This document shows, piece after piece, positions 51,927-62,625 of a stretch of DNA of 64,000 bases. Source of the stretch: Alphaproteobacteria bacterium (lineage in GTDB: Bacteria; Pseudomonadota; Alphaproteobacteria; SP197); the NCBI GenBank assembly GCA_964291265.2, contig OZ219747.1, positions 3,520,001 through 3,584,000 on the forward strand, given 5' to 3'. Position 1 is the stretch's first letter, and every line of letters begins with the position of its first letter. The notes under the pieces were generated by a model that was not told where the DNA came from, did not search any database, and saw only the letters and a program-made list of their open reading frames with translations. The position numbers were made by a program, and so were the translations under genes.

Positions 51927-53318
51927 TCACGAAGCCTTCCCGCGACTCGTGCACCTGGCGCGGATAGTCTCGAGGAGCCCGCGTGCAGCCATGACTTCAC
52001 CTCCCTTGGGACGGCCTGGCCTGTGGCGCCGGTTCCATGCCATGAGGTCGATGTGGGCCCAGGGAATGGTGCTGTCCACGAACTTCTCGAGAAAGAGAGC
52101 CGCCGTGATCGCCCCGGCAAAGGAAGTCGAGCCCGTGGTCCGCAGGTCCGCAACGTCGCTGCTGATGTCCGAAGCATAGCCGGACCACAAGGGCAGACGC
52201 CAGACGGGATCCTCGACACGGAGGCAGCTGTCCATGATGTCCCGCGCGAGGCTTTCCTCGTTGCAGAAAAGCGCCGGCAGATCGGGCCCGAGGGCCACGC
52301 GGGCCGCACCGGTCAGCGTCGCGAGATCCACCAGCAGGTCCGTTCCCGCCGATGAAGCCTCAGCAAGGGCATCACAGAGGATGACCCTGCCTTCGGCATC
52401 GGTATTGCCGATCTCGATGGTGAGCCCCTTGCGGGTGCGGAAGACATCGAGCGGCCTGAAGGCGTTGCCGGAAATGGCGTTGTCGACGGCCGGAACCATG
52501 AGGCGAAGCCTTACGGGAAGACCGAGATCCATGATCATGGACGCAAGGGCAATGGCGGTTGCGGCACCGCCCATGTCCTTCTTCATGAGCAGCATGCCGC
52601 CTGAAGACTTGATGTCGAGGCCACCGGAATCGAAACAAACTCCCTTGCCAATCAGGGTGACGCGGTAGGCAGCAGGATCGCCCCAAATCATGTCGACGAG
52701 CCGCGGTGCCCGTGAACTGGCACGTCCTACCGCATGAATTGACGGAAAATTCTTCTCAAGAAGGTCATCACCCACGACGGTCGTCAGATCACCCTGATGA
52801 CGATCGGCGAGCGCCGCCACTTCCCCGGCGAGTTCCGCCGGGCCGAGATCCTCGGCGGGCGTGTTGATGAGATCGCGGCCAAGCCAGACCGCACGGGCCA
52901 CGGTTTCGACTTCTGTCCGGTCGGCCTGACCCGGAAAAACCATTCGTGCCGTCTTGCGTTCGCTGCTTTGATAGCGCCCGAACCGGTAGCTGCCCAGAGC
53001 CCAGCCAAGGGCATAGGCCGTCGCTCTGTCGCCATCCACGTCATCTGCGAGACGCCACGTCACGGAGGAGGGCAGGTGCACCGGCAGTTCGGCAAGGGTC
53101 ATCATGCCTGCGGGTTCGTCGGCAATCACCAGCACGCGAGCGACATCGCCATCCGCATCGGGGACCGCGATGTGCCACGTCCCGGAGGTTCCGGGGTCGT
53201 GGCTCCTGATCCAGCGGGCCTGATGATCGGGAATGGCAGCGAGCCAGTCCTCGAGATCATGGCGGGCGACAACGTCAAGACCGACAGCGCCGTGCGTGTC
53301 GTTGGCGAAACACTCCAT
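51927..53318 (-). CDS. Leucyl aminopeptidase (M17, PepB-like)
   Basis: GKGVCFDSGGLDIK, MKKDMGGAA, NTDAEGR, DLATLTGA. Confidence 0.93.
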   Translation of the reverse strand: MECFANDTHGAVGLDVVARHDLEDWLAAIPDHQARWIRSHDPGTSGTWHIAVPDADGDVARVLVIADEPAGMMTLAELPVHLPSSVTWRLADDVDGDRATAYALGWALGSYRFGRYQSSERKTARMVFPGQADRTEVETVARAVWLGRDLINTPAEDLGPAELAGEVAALADRHQGDLTTVVGDDLLEKNFPSIHAVGRASSRAPRLVDMIWGDPAAYRVTLIGKGVCFDSGGLDIKSSGGMLLMKKDMGGAATAIALASMIMDLGLPVRLRLMVPAVDNAISGNAFRPLDVFRTRKGLTIEIGNTDAEGRVILCDALAEASSAGTDLLVDLATLTGAARVALGPDLPALFCNEESLARDIMDSCLRVEDPVWRLPLWSGYASDISSDVADLRTTGSTSFAGAITAALFLEKFVDSTIPWAHIDLMAWNRRHRPGRPKGGEVMAARGLLETIRARCTSRGKAS

Positions 53319-53399
53319 TCCGGTCCCCGGCGGTTGCCTGGTCCCACAGTGGCACACTTCGACAGTTTGCGGTATTCACCCCCACGGGATGTGCCAGCC

Positions 53400-55739
53400 A
53401 TGACGAACCGTACCGACCTCGCGTCTCTCGATGCCCTGCAGAGGAAGGTGCTGTGGCTGTCGAGCTGGATGATTCACCACGCCAATCACCTGCGTCCGTC
53501 CCGGGACGGGCTCAAGGTGGGCGGGCACCAGGCATCGTGCGCTTCCATCGTGCAGATCATGTGCGCACTCTACTTTCATGTCCTCATGCCGCGGGACAGA
53601 ATCGCCGTCAAGCCCCATGCCAGTCCCGTTTTCCATGCCATCCAGTATCTCCTGGGACACCAGAGTCGCGAACAGATCGAGGCCTTCCGAGCCCTGGGCG
53701 GAGCCCAGTCATATCCGTCGCGTACCAAGGACGCCGATGACGTGGACCTGTCGACCGGATCGGTGGGGCTGGGCGTTGCGATGACCGCCTTCACCGCACT
53801 CGTGGAGGACTATCTGGGCCGCAAGAACCTGCTTTCCGACCACGACAGCGCCGGACGCATGGTGGCGCTCGTCGGCGATGCGGAACTCGATGAGGGCAAC
53901 GTCTGGGAGGCTCTTCTCGAGAGCTGGAAACACAACATCGGCAATGTCTGGTGGATTGTGGACTACAACAGGCAGAGTCTCGACAGTGTCGTTTCGGACC
54001 GGTTGTTCAGGAGAATACAGGGATTCTTCGGCGCGGTCGGCTGGAAGGTTGTCACGCTCAAGTACGGCAAGCGACTTGAGGCCGCATTCCGGCAACCCGG
54101 GGGCGATGACCTGCGCGCCTGGATCGATGCCTGTCCCAACGATCTCTACTCGGCGCTGTGCTTCAAGGGCGGCGGCGCCTGGCGCGAACGTCTCGAAGGG
54201 GACTTCGGCGCATCCGGCCCCGGCCGCCGTCTCGTTGACGACCTCGACGATGATTCTCTCCACCGATTGATGACAAACCTCGCCGGACATGACCTCGAAA
54301 GCCTGCTCGAGGGCTTCACCGGCGAAATGACCGGAGATGACCAGCCGGTCTGCTTCATCTGCTACACGATCAAGGGGTTTGGCCTTCCCTTCGCCGGGCA
54401 CAAGGACAATCACGCCGGTCTCATGAATCCCACCCAGATGGCACGGTTCCGGAACCAGAATGGCATCGCCGAGGGGAGCGAATGGGAGCCCTATGCCGGC
54501 ATGGAGGACCGAGCGGAGGAACTCGATGCCTTTCTTTCCAGCACCCCCTTCGCCCAGGAGTATCCACGCCGCCATGCGGCACCGGCGGTCGCGGTACCCG
54601 AGCGGCTGCCGTTCAAGGGGGAGGCGCGGAACTCAACCCAGCAGGTGTTCGGATCCATCCTCAGCGAGCTTGGCCGGAGCGATCATGAACTGGCCGACCG
54701 CATCGTCACGACCTCGCCGGATGTCGCCGTATCCACCAACCTGGGACCATGGATCAACAGACGAGGCCTCTTCGATCGACGGGAACATACCGACATCTTC
54801 AAGGCGGAAAAGGTGATGTCGGCCCAATCGTGGGACATCAGTCACAAGGGTCAGCACATCGAACTCGGCATTGCCGAAAACAACCTCTTCCTTCTCGTCG
54901 CCGCCATGGGCCTTGCCCACAGCCTCTTCGGGGTGAGGCTGCTGCCAATCGGCACTCTCTATGACCCCTTCATCTGCCGCGGTCTCGACTCCCTCAACCA
55001 TGCCTGCTACCAGGACAGTCGTTTCATGCTTGCCGGCACGCCTTCAGGGATCTCGCTGGCACCCGAGGGTGGCGCCCACCAGTCGATCTACACACCCCTC
55101 ATTGGACTCGGCCAAGCCGGACTCATTGCCTTCGAACCGGCCTACGGGGACGAACTCTCCGTCATCATGCGCTGGGGTTTCGAGCACATGCAGGCGAGCG
55201 ACGGATGTTCCATCTACATGCGGCTCTCGACCCGTCCCGTCGAGCAGATCGAACGCACTGTCACACCGGATCTCGAATCCGGAATTGTCTCTGGTGGATA
55301 CTGGCTCTTCGAACCCGGAACGGCATCTGAGATCGCCATCGTTGCGATGGGGGCGACGGTGACCGAGGCGATGGCAGCCCGCACCATGCTGAATGAGGAT
55401 CTCGTGGATGTCGGCCTTCTCGTGGTGACGTCCGCCGATCTCCTGATGGCTGGCTGGCACAGGCGTGACGGCAATTCGCATGCCGAACGGCTGCTTGCAC
55501 GCCTTCCCTCAGACGCCGGCCTTGTCACGGTCTGTGACGCCCATCCCGCCACCCTGTCGTGGATGGCGGCTGTCGGCCGCCACCGGATTCGCGCTCTCGG
55601 TGTGACGGACTTCGGCCAGAGTGCCGATGTACCTGATCTCTACCGTTTGCACGGCATTGACGCCGCCGCCATTGTCGATGCCGCCTCCAGCCTGTGCCTT
55701 GAGCGGTCGGAATTGTCGCTCGGCGAGTTTCGCGCGTAA
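53400..55739 (+). CDS. Transketolase-like / homodimeric 2-oxoacid dehydrogenase E1 (AceE-like)
   Basis: KVGGHQAS, STGSVGLG, GDAELDEG...N (TPP motif), ELGIAENN, EGGAHQS. Confidence 0.85.
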   Translation: MTNRTDLASLDALQRKVLWLSSWMIHHANHLRPSRDGLKVGGHQASCASIVQIMCALYFHVLMPRDRIAVKPHASPVFHAIQYLLGHQSREQIEAFRALGGAQSYPSRTKDADDVDLSTGSVGLGVAMTAFTALVEDYLGRKNLLSDHDSAGRMVALVGDAELDEGNVWEALLESWKHNIGNVWWIVDYNRQSLDSVVSDRLFRRIQGFFGAVGWKVVTLKYGKRLEAAFRQPGGDDLRAWIDACPNDLYSALCFKGGGAWRERLEGDFGASGPGRRLVDDLDDDSLHRLMTNLAGHDLESLLEGFTGEMTGDDQPVCFICYTIKGFGLPFAGHKDNHAGLMNPTQMARFRNQNGIAEGSEWEPYAGMEDRAEELDAFLSSTPFAQEYPRRHAAPAVAVPERLPFKGEARNSTQQVFGSILSELGRSDHELADRIVTTSPDVAVSTNLGPWINRRGLFDRREHTDIFKAEKVMSAQSWDISHKGQHIELGIAENNLFLLVAAMGLAHSLFGVRLLPIGTLYDPFICRGLDSLNHACYQDSRFMLAGTPSGISLAPEGGAHQSIYTPLIGLGQAGLIAFEPAYGDELSVIMRWGFEHMQASDGCSIYMRLSTRPVEQIERTVTPDLESGIVSGGYWLFEPGTASEIAIVAMGATVTEAMAARTMLNEDLVDVGLLVVTSADLLMAGWHRRDGNSHAERLLARLPSDAGLVTVCDAHPATLSWMAAVGRHRIRALGVTDFGQSADVPDLYRLHGIDAAAIVDAASSLCLERSELSLGEFRA

Positions 55740-55767
55740 TCTGGCAACGATCTTCGGAGAATCAGGC

Positions 55768-57195
55768 ATGTCAGCAAGCGATCTTCATTATCTTGGCGCC
55801 GTCGACGCAGTCCGCATGTTCCGCACCCGCGACTTGTCACCGGTGGAACTGATGGACGCCGTGATCACGCGTGCAGAAGCAGTGGCGCCGCGCCTCAATC
55901 CCTTCAGCCAGACGTTCTTCGATGAAGCCCGCGATCAGGCGAAAAAGGCGGAAACGCGCTATGCCAGAGGCAATCGCACCCGTTCGCTCGAGGGCCTGCC
56001 GCTGGCGGTCAAGGACGAGGAGACGATCAGGGGGTTGCCGGCAACATCGGGTTCGACCGCCTTTCGACACGCGATCGGCGAGGAAACCACGCCCGTTGTC
56101 GAGCGCTGCTTCAATGCCGGCGCGATCATGCATGTGAGAACCACGACGCCGGAATTTTCCTGCGCCGGAGTCTGTCACACCCGGCACTGGGGCGTGACAC
56201 GCAACCCGTGGAACACGGAATACACGCCAGGCGGTTCATCGGGGGGATCAGGAGCAACCCTGGCGGCCGGCGCCTCTTCTCTCGCCACAGGTTCGGACAT
56301 TGCCGGATCGATCCGAATTCCTGCGAGCTGTTCAGGAGTGGTCGGCTTCAAACCCCCCTACGGACGGAATCCGCAGGGTCATGTCTTCAATCTCGACACC
56401 TACTGCCATTCGGGGCCCATGGCGCGCTCCGTCGCCGACTGTGCCCTCTTGCAGAACGCCATGGCCGGTCCCCACCCCCGGGACATTGCGACACTGAAGC
56501 CGAAACTGCGCCTTCCTCTCGACTATGCGCCGGTCGAGGGCATGCGCATTGCCCTCTCCATTGACCTTGGATACTGCGAGGTCGACGAGGACGTACGCCG
56601 GAACACACTCGATTCGGCCACCAAGCTGAAGGAGGCAGGCGCCGTCGTCGATGAGGTGGAGATCGGCTGGTCCTGGGACGTGCTGACTGCGGCGATGAAC
56701 TATCTCGGTCACCTCTTCGGCAACTCCATCGCTCCCGCCCTGCGCCGTCATCGTCATGAACTGATGCCTTACACAGTCGCCTTCGCCGACTTCGGTGCGG
56801 GGACCACGGGCGAGGACTTCCTCGATGCCCAGAAACTTGCCGGCGAGATGTACGATGTCCTGGGCCCTCTGCTGTCGCGCTACGACGCGCTGGTGTGCCC
56901 GACGAATGCGCTGGCCGCGGTTCCCGCGGACTTCGACTCCACAAGGGAGGACCTCACCATCAACGGAGTTGCCGTCGATCCCATGCTCGGCTGGGTCATG
57001 ACCTATCCCTTCAACATCATGTCTCGCTGCCCCGTTCTCACCGTTCCATCCGGTCTCGACCGCAATCATGTGCCGACCGGCCTGCAGGTCGTCGGCCGCA
57101 CGTATGATGACCCGACAGTCTTTCGCATCGGACATGCCGTCGAGTCGGCCGACCCCTGGTACACCAACCCGGCGCGCCGTCCTGATGTCAGCTAG
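55768..57195 (+). CDS. Amidase-signature family protein
   Basis: GLPLAVKD, GGSSGGS, GSDIAGSIRIPAS. Confidence 0.93.
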   Translation: MSASDLHYLGAVDAVRMFRTRDLSPVELMDAVITRAEAVAPRLNPFSQTFFDEARDQAKKAETRYARGNRTRSLEGLPLAVKDEETIRGLPATSGSTAFRHAIGEETTPVVERCFNAGAIMHVRTTTPEFSCAGVCHTRHWGVTRNPWNTEYTPGGSSGGSGATLAAGASSLATGSDIAGSIRIPASCSGVVGFKPPYGRNPQGHVFNLDTYCHSGPMARSVADCALLQNAMAGPHPRDIATLKPKLRLPLDYAPVEGMRIALSIDLGYCEVDEDVRRNTLDSATKLKEAGAVVDEVEIGWSWDVLTAAMNYLGHLFGNSIAPALRRHRHELMPYTVAFADFGAGTTGEDFLDAQKLAGEMYDVLGPLLSRYDALVCPTNALAAVPADFDSTREDLTINGVAVDPMLGWVMTYPFNIMSRCPVLTVPSGLDRNHVPTGLQVVGRTYDDPTVFRIGHAVESADPWYTNPARRPDVS

Positions 57196-57844
57196 GTCAT
57201 GGAGCCAGCGAGCGTGCGCAGCGCTCCTTGCCGTGGTTCTGGCGCCGGCCGGAGCCCAGGCCATCACCGGAGAGGCAACGGTGGTGGATGGCGACACTCT
57301 TGTGATCGGTACCGAACGCATCCGCGTGTTCGGAATCGATGCACCCGAAAGCGACCAGGACTGTGGCGATGGCTGGCCCTGCGGCCAGGAAGCGACCAAC
57401 GCCGTGGAAGAGCTGGCCAGGGGCAAGTCCGTGCGTTGTGAGGGCGATTCCCGCGACGTCTACGGCAGGCTGATCGCCATCTGCCATGCCGGGTCCGTGG
57501 ACATAGGCGGTGATCTTGTTCGCCGGGGCCTTGCCCTCGCCTACCGCCGCTACTCCATGGCCTACGTGGAACTCGAGGACGAGGCAAGACAGAATGGCCG
57601 CGGCATGTGGTCCGGCGCGTTCGTCGCTCCTTGGGACTGGCGCCGGGGCGTGAGAGTGCCTGAGGAACCGGACATCGCGGGCCCCACGTCCGAGGGGGAC
57701 GTGTTGGCCCTCTACGACGACAACGACAACGGATCGATTTCCTGCAGCGAAGCGCGCCGTCACGGCATTGCGCCGGTCGCGGCCGGGCATCCGGCCTATC
57801 AGTTCATGAGAGATGGCGACGGCGACAGAGTCGTCTGCGAATAG
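57185..57844 (+). CDS. Secreted thermonuclease with C-terminal Ca-binding (Excalibur/EF-hand-like) domain
   Basis: VVDGDTL, RVFGIDAPE, DVYGRL; tail YDDNDNGSISCSEAR.HG..PV...HPAY..MRDGDGD.VVCE. Confidence 0.85.
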   Translation: MSARSWSQRACAALLAVVLAPAGAQAITGEATVVDGDTLVIGTERIRVFGIDAPESDQDCGDGWPCGQEATNAVEELARGKSVRCEGDSRDVYGRLIAICHAGSVDIGGDLVRRGLALAYRRYSMAYVELEDEARQNGRGMWSGAFVAPWDWRRGVRVPEEPDIAGPTSEGDVLALYDDNDNGSISCSEARRHGIAPVAAGHPAYQFMRDGDGDRVVCE

Positions 57845-57870
57845 CCATGGGATTCGCCGCCCCGCACGGG

Positions 57871-58983
57871 TCAGCCGGGCGGAACGGCGGCAGCCAGGGC
57901 CGTTGCCTTCGTGATGACAGCCTCCTGGTGGGGATAGAGCTGATGGCCGCCCGCCGTGTCGACGTACCGGGCGAAGGGATCCTCGATCGTCGACGAGATC
58001 CCTGACAGCTCTTCCATCACCGTCAGGCCGCAGTAGGGAACGTAGGCGGCCGAATACCCTCCTTCGTGACTTGCCACCAAGGTGCCGCCCGTGAGTTCGT
58101 CGGCAAGATCCAGCATGATTGATGTCAAGTTGCGGTAGGTGGAACTCGTCACCATCATGCGTCCCAGGGGATCGTAGATCGAACCGTCGAAACCCGACGC
58201 AACGACGATGAGTTGCGGCCGAAAGCGCCGCAGTGCCGGCGCGACGACACGCTCGAAGGCGCCAATGTAGGCATCCCGACCCGAACCAGGAGGCAACGGT
58301 ACATTGATGGTCGCTCCCTTTCCCGCGCCCTCACCGGTCTCGTGAATGTGACCGGAGTCTGCCGGATACCAGTTGTCCTGGTGAATCGAGATGGCGAGCA
58401 CATCCCGGTCTTCCCAGAAGATTCGCTGGGTGCCGTTGCCGTGGTGCACGTCCCAGTCGACGACAGCGCAGCGCTCCACGCCATGGTGGTGACGCGCATG
58501 CTCGATGGCCACACCAACGTTGCCGAAGATGCAGAAACCGCGCCCGATGTCGGGTTCGGCATGGTGACCCGGAGGACGGACGAGGGCATAGCCATTGTCG
58601 ATGTCACCACGCAAGGCAGCGTCCACCATGGCGATCGTGCCCCCTGCCGAAAGACAGGCGATCTCGTAGCTGCCGTGACCGAACGGAGTCGCTTCGCCGG
58701 CGTCACCACCATGACCGGCCGACATCTCCTTGATCTTCTCGACATAGTCCCGGGTGTGCACCCTGAGAATGTCCTCTTCGCTCGCCATCACCGGGGCCAC
58801 ATCGACGAGACCGTCGAGGATGCCGGCCACGTCCATGAGATTTCTCATGCGCCGCTTGGTCTCGGCGTTCTCTCCATGTTCACCAGGCTGCACCGTCAAC
58901 CCGGGTCGCAGCCACAGGGCAGCATGCCCCGTGTCATGCCACATGTAGAGTTCGTGAAACAGGAAACCTGTCTTTCGGTTCAT
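57871..58983 (-). CDS. Class II histone deacetylase-like amidohydrolase
   Basis: RPPGHHA, GFCIF.N, DWDVHHGNGTQ, SGFD, HEGGY. Confidence 0.92.
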   Translation of the reverse strand: MNRKTGFLFHELYMWHDTGHAALWLRPGLTVQPGEHGENAETKRRMRNLMDVAGILDGLVDVAPVMASEEDILRVHTRDYVEKIKEMSAGHGGDAGEATPFGHGSYEIACLSAGGTIAMVDAALRGDIDNGYALVRPPGHHAEPDIGRGFCIFGNVGVAIEHARHHHGVERCAVVDWDVHHGNGTQRIFWEDRDVLAISIHQDNWYPADSGHIHETGEGAGKGATINVPLPPGSGRDAYIGAFERVVAPALRRFRPQLIVVASGFDGSIYDPLGRMMVTSSTYRNLTSIMLDLADELTGGTLVASHEGGYSAAYVPYCGLTVMEELSGISSTIEDPFARYVDTAGGHQLYPHQEAVITKATALAAAVPPG

Positions 58984-59010
58984 CGAAGCCTCGTCTGTCT
59001 TGTCGGCGGC

Positions 59011-60048
59011 TTACAGCCAGGGAAGCCTAACACTTCCATCGTCAGAGCGGGAAAGAAAGGCCTCACCCATGGCGCACATGGCGGCGGTGTAGCCTTCCTT
59101 GTTGTCAACGGCAAGCTCGGTTTCGGCGTGGCTGCCGAACCAGGCGAGAATGGCGAAGCGGCGCATCATCACCAGTGACGGAATGATGGCCATGTCATCC
59201 GCCTCCAGGGACCGGACGGACCTGTACCCGGCGCACCAGGCGGCGACGAGATCGCCGGTGGTATCGAGATTGTCGATCAGCGTCAGGGCCGACGCGAGAT
59301 CATAGAGAAACCAGGAGAGACCGCAGTCGTCGAAATCGATGACGCGCGTTTCGTCTCCCACCAGCAACAGGTTGCCGAGGCGAAGATCGCAGTGCGCCAG
59401 TCCGAAACGCCCGGGCGCCATGCCGTAGGTCCCCAGGCGCTCGACAACCTCCTCTTCGACATCTTCGAGAAAGGTGCGCTGAAGCGTGTCATCGAGCGGA
59501 CCATCTCGCCAGTCCCCCCAGTTGGGACGGGGGCCGAAAACGCCGGCAGCATCCCAGTCGAGGCGTTCGAAGAATGCCGGGCGCTGCCATGTCATGGCAT
59601 GGCGATGAAGTCTCGCGCTCACTTCGCCAAGGCGCCTGAATGGTTCTTCCAGATCGACATCCATCGATGGTTCCACGCCATCGATGAACTCGAAGAGCAC
59701 CATGTTCCGAGGGCTTGCCAGACCGGGAACATGGCCGGTCTGGATCTCGTCGCCATCCACGCCGGCAATGGCCTGGGGCGTGACGAGGCCGATGTCGTTC
59801 TGGAGAGCGTGCAACCAGACGAGTTCAGTCCTGATTCCGTCCCTTGAGTGATAGCCGTCACGATGAATCCGGAGGATCCAGCGTTCTCCCGAGGGGCCAT
59901 CGAGCCGCCAGGTCACGTTCTCCGAGACATTGACCAGCGTCACCGATGTCTGGGAAGGCAGATCCCAACGCCCGAGCGACTGGTACGCCAGATCATGCAG
60001 ACGCTCCAAGGTGCTGCCGGTTTCGCTCCATGCCGTGACACCGGTCAT
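59011..60048 (-). CDS. Phosphotransferase (APH / type II homoserine kinase-like)
   Basis: SENVTW, LRIHR, HCDLRLGNLL, IDFDDCG.SWFLYDLA. Confidence 0.88.
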   Translation of the reverse strand: MTGVTAWSETGSTLERLHDLAYQSLGRWDLPSQTSVTLVNVSENVTWRLDGPSGERWILRIHRDGYHSRDGIRTELVWLHALQNDIGLVTPQAIAGVDGDEIQTGHVPGLASPRNMVLFEFIDGVEPSMDVDLEEPFRRLGEVSARLHRHAMTWQRPAFFERLDWDAAGVFGPRPNWGDWRDGPLDDTLQRTFLEDVEEEVVERLGTYGMAPGRFGLAHCDLRLGNLLLVGDETRVIDFDDCGLSWFLYDLASALTLIDNLDTTGDLVAAWCAGYRSVRSLEADDMAIIPSLVMMRRFAILAWFGSHAETELAVDNKEGYTAAMCAMGEAFLSRSDDGSVRLPWL

Positions 60049-60064
60049 CAAGGCACCGCCGAAG

Positions 60065-60151
60065 TGGTGCGGACGAGGGGAGTCGAACCCCTACTCCATG
60101 CCTGGAAGCGGATTTTAAGTCCGCTGCGTCTACCCATTTCGCCACGTCCGC
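60065..60151 (-). tRNA. tRNA-Leu (UAA)
   Basis: GCGGACGTGGCGAAATGGGTAGACGCA-GCGGA CTTAAAA TCCGC-long variable arm-GGTTCGACTCC-CCTCGTCCGCACCA, 87 nt. Confidence 0.96.
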
Positions 60152-60265
60152 CCATGGCATTCCGGCTACACAATCCGCCTTCCCGACGCAAGATCATCAC
60201 CCTGGATCGCCGTCGGGGAGGACGAGATTGTGATCATGCAGGAGTCCAGGTCCTTCGCACATCTG

Positions 60266-60520
60266 TCAGTAACTGGTGTGAATTTCCTCTCTGTCAGCCG
60301 AACACCGCACGATGCGTCTCGATCCCGACGCCGGCTCGAACCCGGTCCGGGCATGGAGGATGCTGTGGTTGTCCAAAACATGGCACTCGCCGGGCTGAAG
60401 CTTGTGCCGATAGACCAGGTCCGCTGAACAAAGCTCTGCGGCGAAGGCGCCGGGCAGCCAGGAGGCCATCGAAGAGATTGGCGTCGATTTCAGGTCGGGT
60501 AGGTCACTGGCGCGCACACC
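60266..60520 (-). pseudogene. TauD/gamma-butyrobetaine dioxygenase C-terminal remnant
   Basis: KLQPGECHVLDNHSILHARTGFEPASGSRRI..C..DREEI. Confidence 0.6.
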
Positions 60521-60587
60521 CGTAGGCAGAGGCATGATCCGGCACCGCTCATTCGACTGCGGGTTCGCAGAACCACCACAGACCAAG

Positions 60588-60646
60588 TTTTGACTTATTC
60601 CTGTATCATCAATCCCATCTCCATCAAACGGAAACTTGGTGACAAG
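60588..60646 (-). mobile_element. Degenerate IS1380-like left end
   Basis: CTTATTC..TATCA..AA.CCCATC.CCATCAA..GGAAACTTGGTGACAA matches 47855-47905. Confidence 0.55.
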
Positions 60647-61199
60647 AGCTTGACTCGCTGCACGCCCAAGATGAACTGATGCTGGGTGGCGCATAGCTCC
60701 CGCCTTCATCCGTGTGGGGCGCGAGGCGCATCCGGCCGCCGGCTCCGAGATTACGCTCCTCTTTCCAGGGTTGCCGCGCCTCGATCGTCGCAATGGCGCC
60801 AAAGTCGGTGTTGCACATCACGCCCGTCCTTCCGGCAAGACGCCACTGTCTCGCACGAAGGCGTCTACCGTGCGGTGAAGCTGCTGGCGGCCATTGACAA
60901 CGGGGGACGGTCCCTGGTGCACCGCAGCGGCCACGCAGATGCGAGGGTGATCTCCCCGGCGATGACGCAACACTCCATGATCGTCTCATCTGACATTGGC
61001 CGAGGCCAGGATGTCTGAAGATTGTCCTTCTCGATGGTCGATGAGACAACTTCAAGGGGAGCCGTTTCCATTGGCCGTTCTTGAAGTTGGTGGCACCTTC
61101 TCGAGGTCGGAACCGGCATATCGACAACGAAATCCGGTCCCGAATGGACCTCCAGATCTGCCTGCAACGCCCCCTCGCCGGACGAAACCGGACAAGAGA

Positions 61200-61467
61200 A
61201 GAGCCTTGGGGACTCGAGAGGGGGCTTCAGAGAGGACTCGAGAGGGGAAGAGCCGAGAGACTCGAGAAGGGAATCGAACGAGGCCGGAGCGAGGCCCTCG
61301 CGGAACTTCTTCTTCGTCAACTGTCCTTGCGCTTCGGTGATGTGCCGGGCGCGGTCCGCGAGCGGGTCCGCAACGCGTCGGCCGCCGAACTGGAGGCCTG
61401 GGCGGAGGCGGTGCTGGTGGCCATGAGCCTTGATGATGTGCTGGCCGCCAGGCCCAGGCACGGGTAG
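61200..61467 (+). pseudogene. Rpn/YhgA-like C-terminal (DUF4351) remnant
   Basis: GLERGLQRGLERG repeats, then LLLRQLSLRFGDVP...AELEAWAEAVL...LDDVL. Confidence 0.7.
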
Positions 61468-62625
61468 GCGTTCGGTCACGCGATCATGAAGGGGATGATC
61501 TCAAGAGAATGCTGAGCGAAAACCGGGACAATGCGCAGATGTCACTGTCATGTCCATCATCCTCGCCCCTTTGACCGAATGCTGACGACCGGAACCAACC
61601 AGAATCAGTCCTCACCGTGACCGAACGCTTACAATCGACGTGAACTCCGTGGTCAATGAAACTCCGGATTCTCGATGGAGACCGGGTCGGTCTGCACCTG
61701 ATGTCAGAGATTCAAAACATGGTCCATCTGCTGGAGAACGCACTCAAAGTTCTGGCTCGGATGTCTCCCGTCATCATTCTTGCGGCGTCAATGGTGAACG
61801 CCGCATCTCTGACCCCTCCACGGACAGTCTCGGAACGCGACCGGGATCCCCGGAGAGGACCTGCGCCCAGACTCAGGAAGAACTGCTGGTTGTCGGCGTC
61901 GATCACTGTTGCTTCATCGGAGACGAGCCCCTGCCGGTGCTGGTGAACAGTCCGCCATGCGCCACAACAGGCCACGATCTCGCTGCCCTGCCCCTCCCCG
62001 GCCATCGAGCGGCTCGAACTTCAGAGCAGTGACGGTCCGAGCACTCTTGGCGGTCACGCCGTTCGCGGTGTCATCACGGCGGTCCGAGTGTGGAGGTCGA
62101 TTTCGGATTGGACCCACCAGGCGCCCGGCTGGCGTTGGTAGGAGGACCACTGTCGGGCCCGGCGACCGCAAGACGACTCGGGCAGCAGGCGTCGAGGCGG
62201 CGCACACGAAGAGTTACTCGCTTCTGCGCTTTCTGCACGGCGATGGCGGAACCCACGACGTCACCTATGTACTCGGCGCCAACGGGGTGAGTCATGCCGG
62301 TGAGCGACCGTCGGGGTGTTCGCGGAACCGCTGATGCCCCTTGCCGAAACCCTGGACATCGGAGTTGCCGGACAGGGCGAGGGTGTCGAAGTAAGCGACG
62401 TTCTGGACCATCGCCATGATCATGGGGTTTCCGCGAGGGTCGATCGAGGGAGCGTCCATCGGTTTCGGGCGACGCCCGCTTGAAGATTGCCTTCTCTTTG
62501 CTGTTCGGTGTGAGGGGCTCTGGATGACAAGGCAGGGCGGAGGTTGGCTCATGACTGTTTCCGGGGTGGAGACCTGGGGAGGTGGAATCGGAGAAGGACG
62601 CGAGGGCGATGCTGGTTAAGCTGCA

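Noticed and set aside
52797-53399. N-terminal extension of the 980-aa ORF
   Set aside because: Overlaps the aminopeptidase on the opposite strand; recognisable sequence starts at ATG 53400
59011-60048. Aminoglycoside phosphotransferase acting with the Rmt-like gene
   Set aside because: About 18 kb away, and the motifs fit the broad homoserine-kinase-II-like group
61640-62560. Short ORFs as genes
   Set aside because: No recognisable motifs; probably eroded sequence
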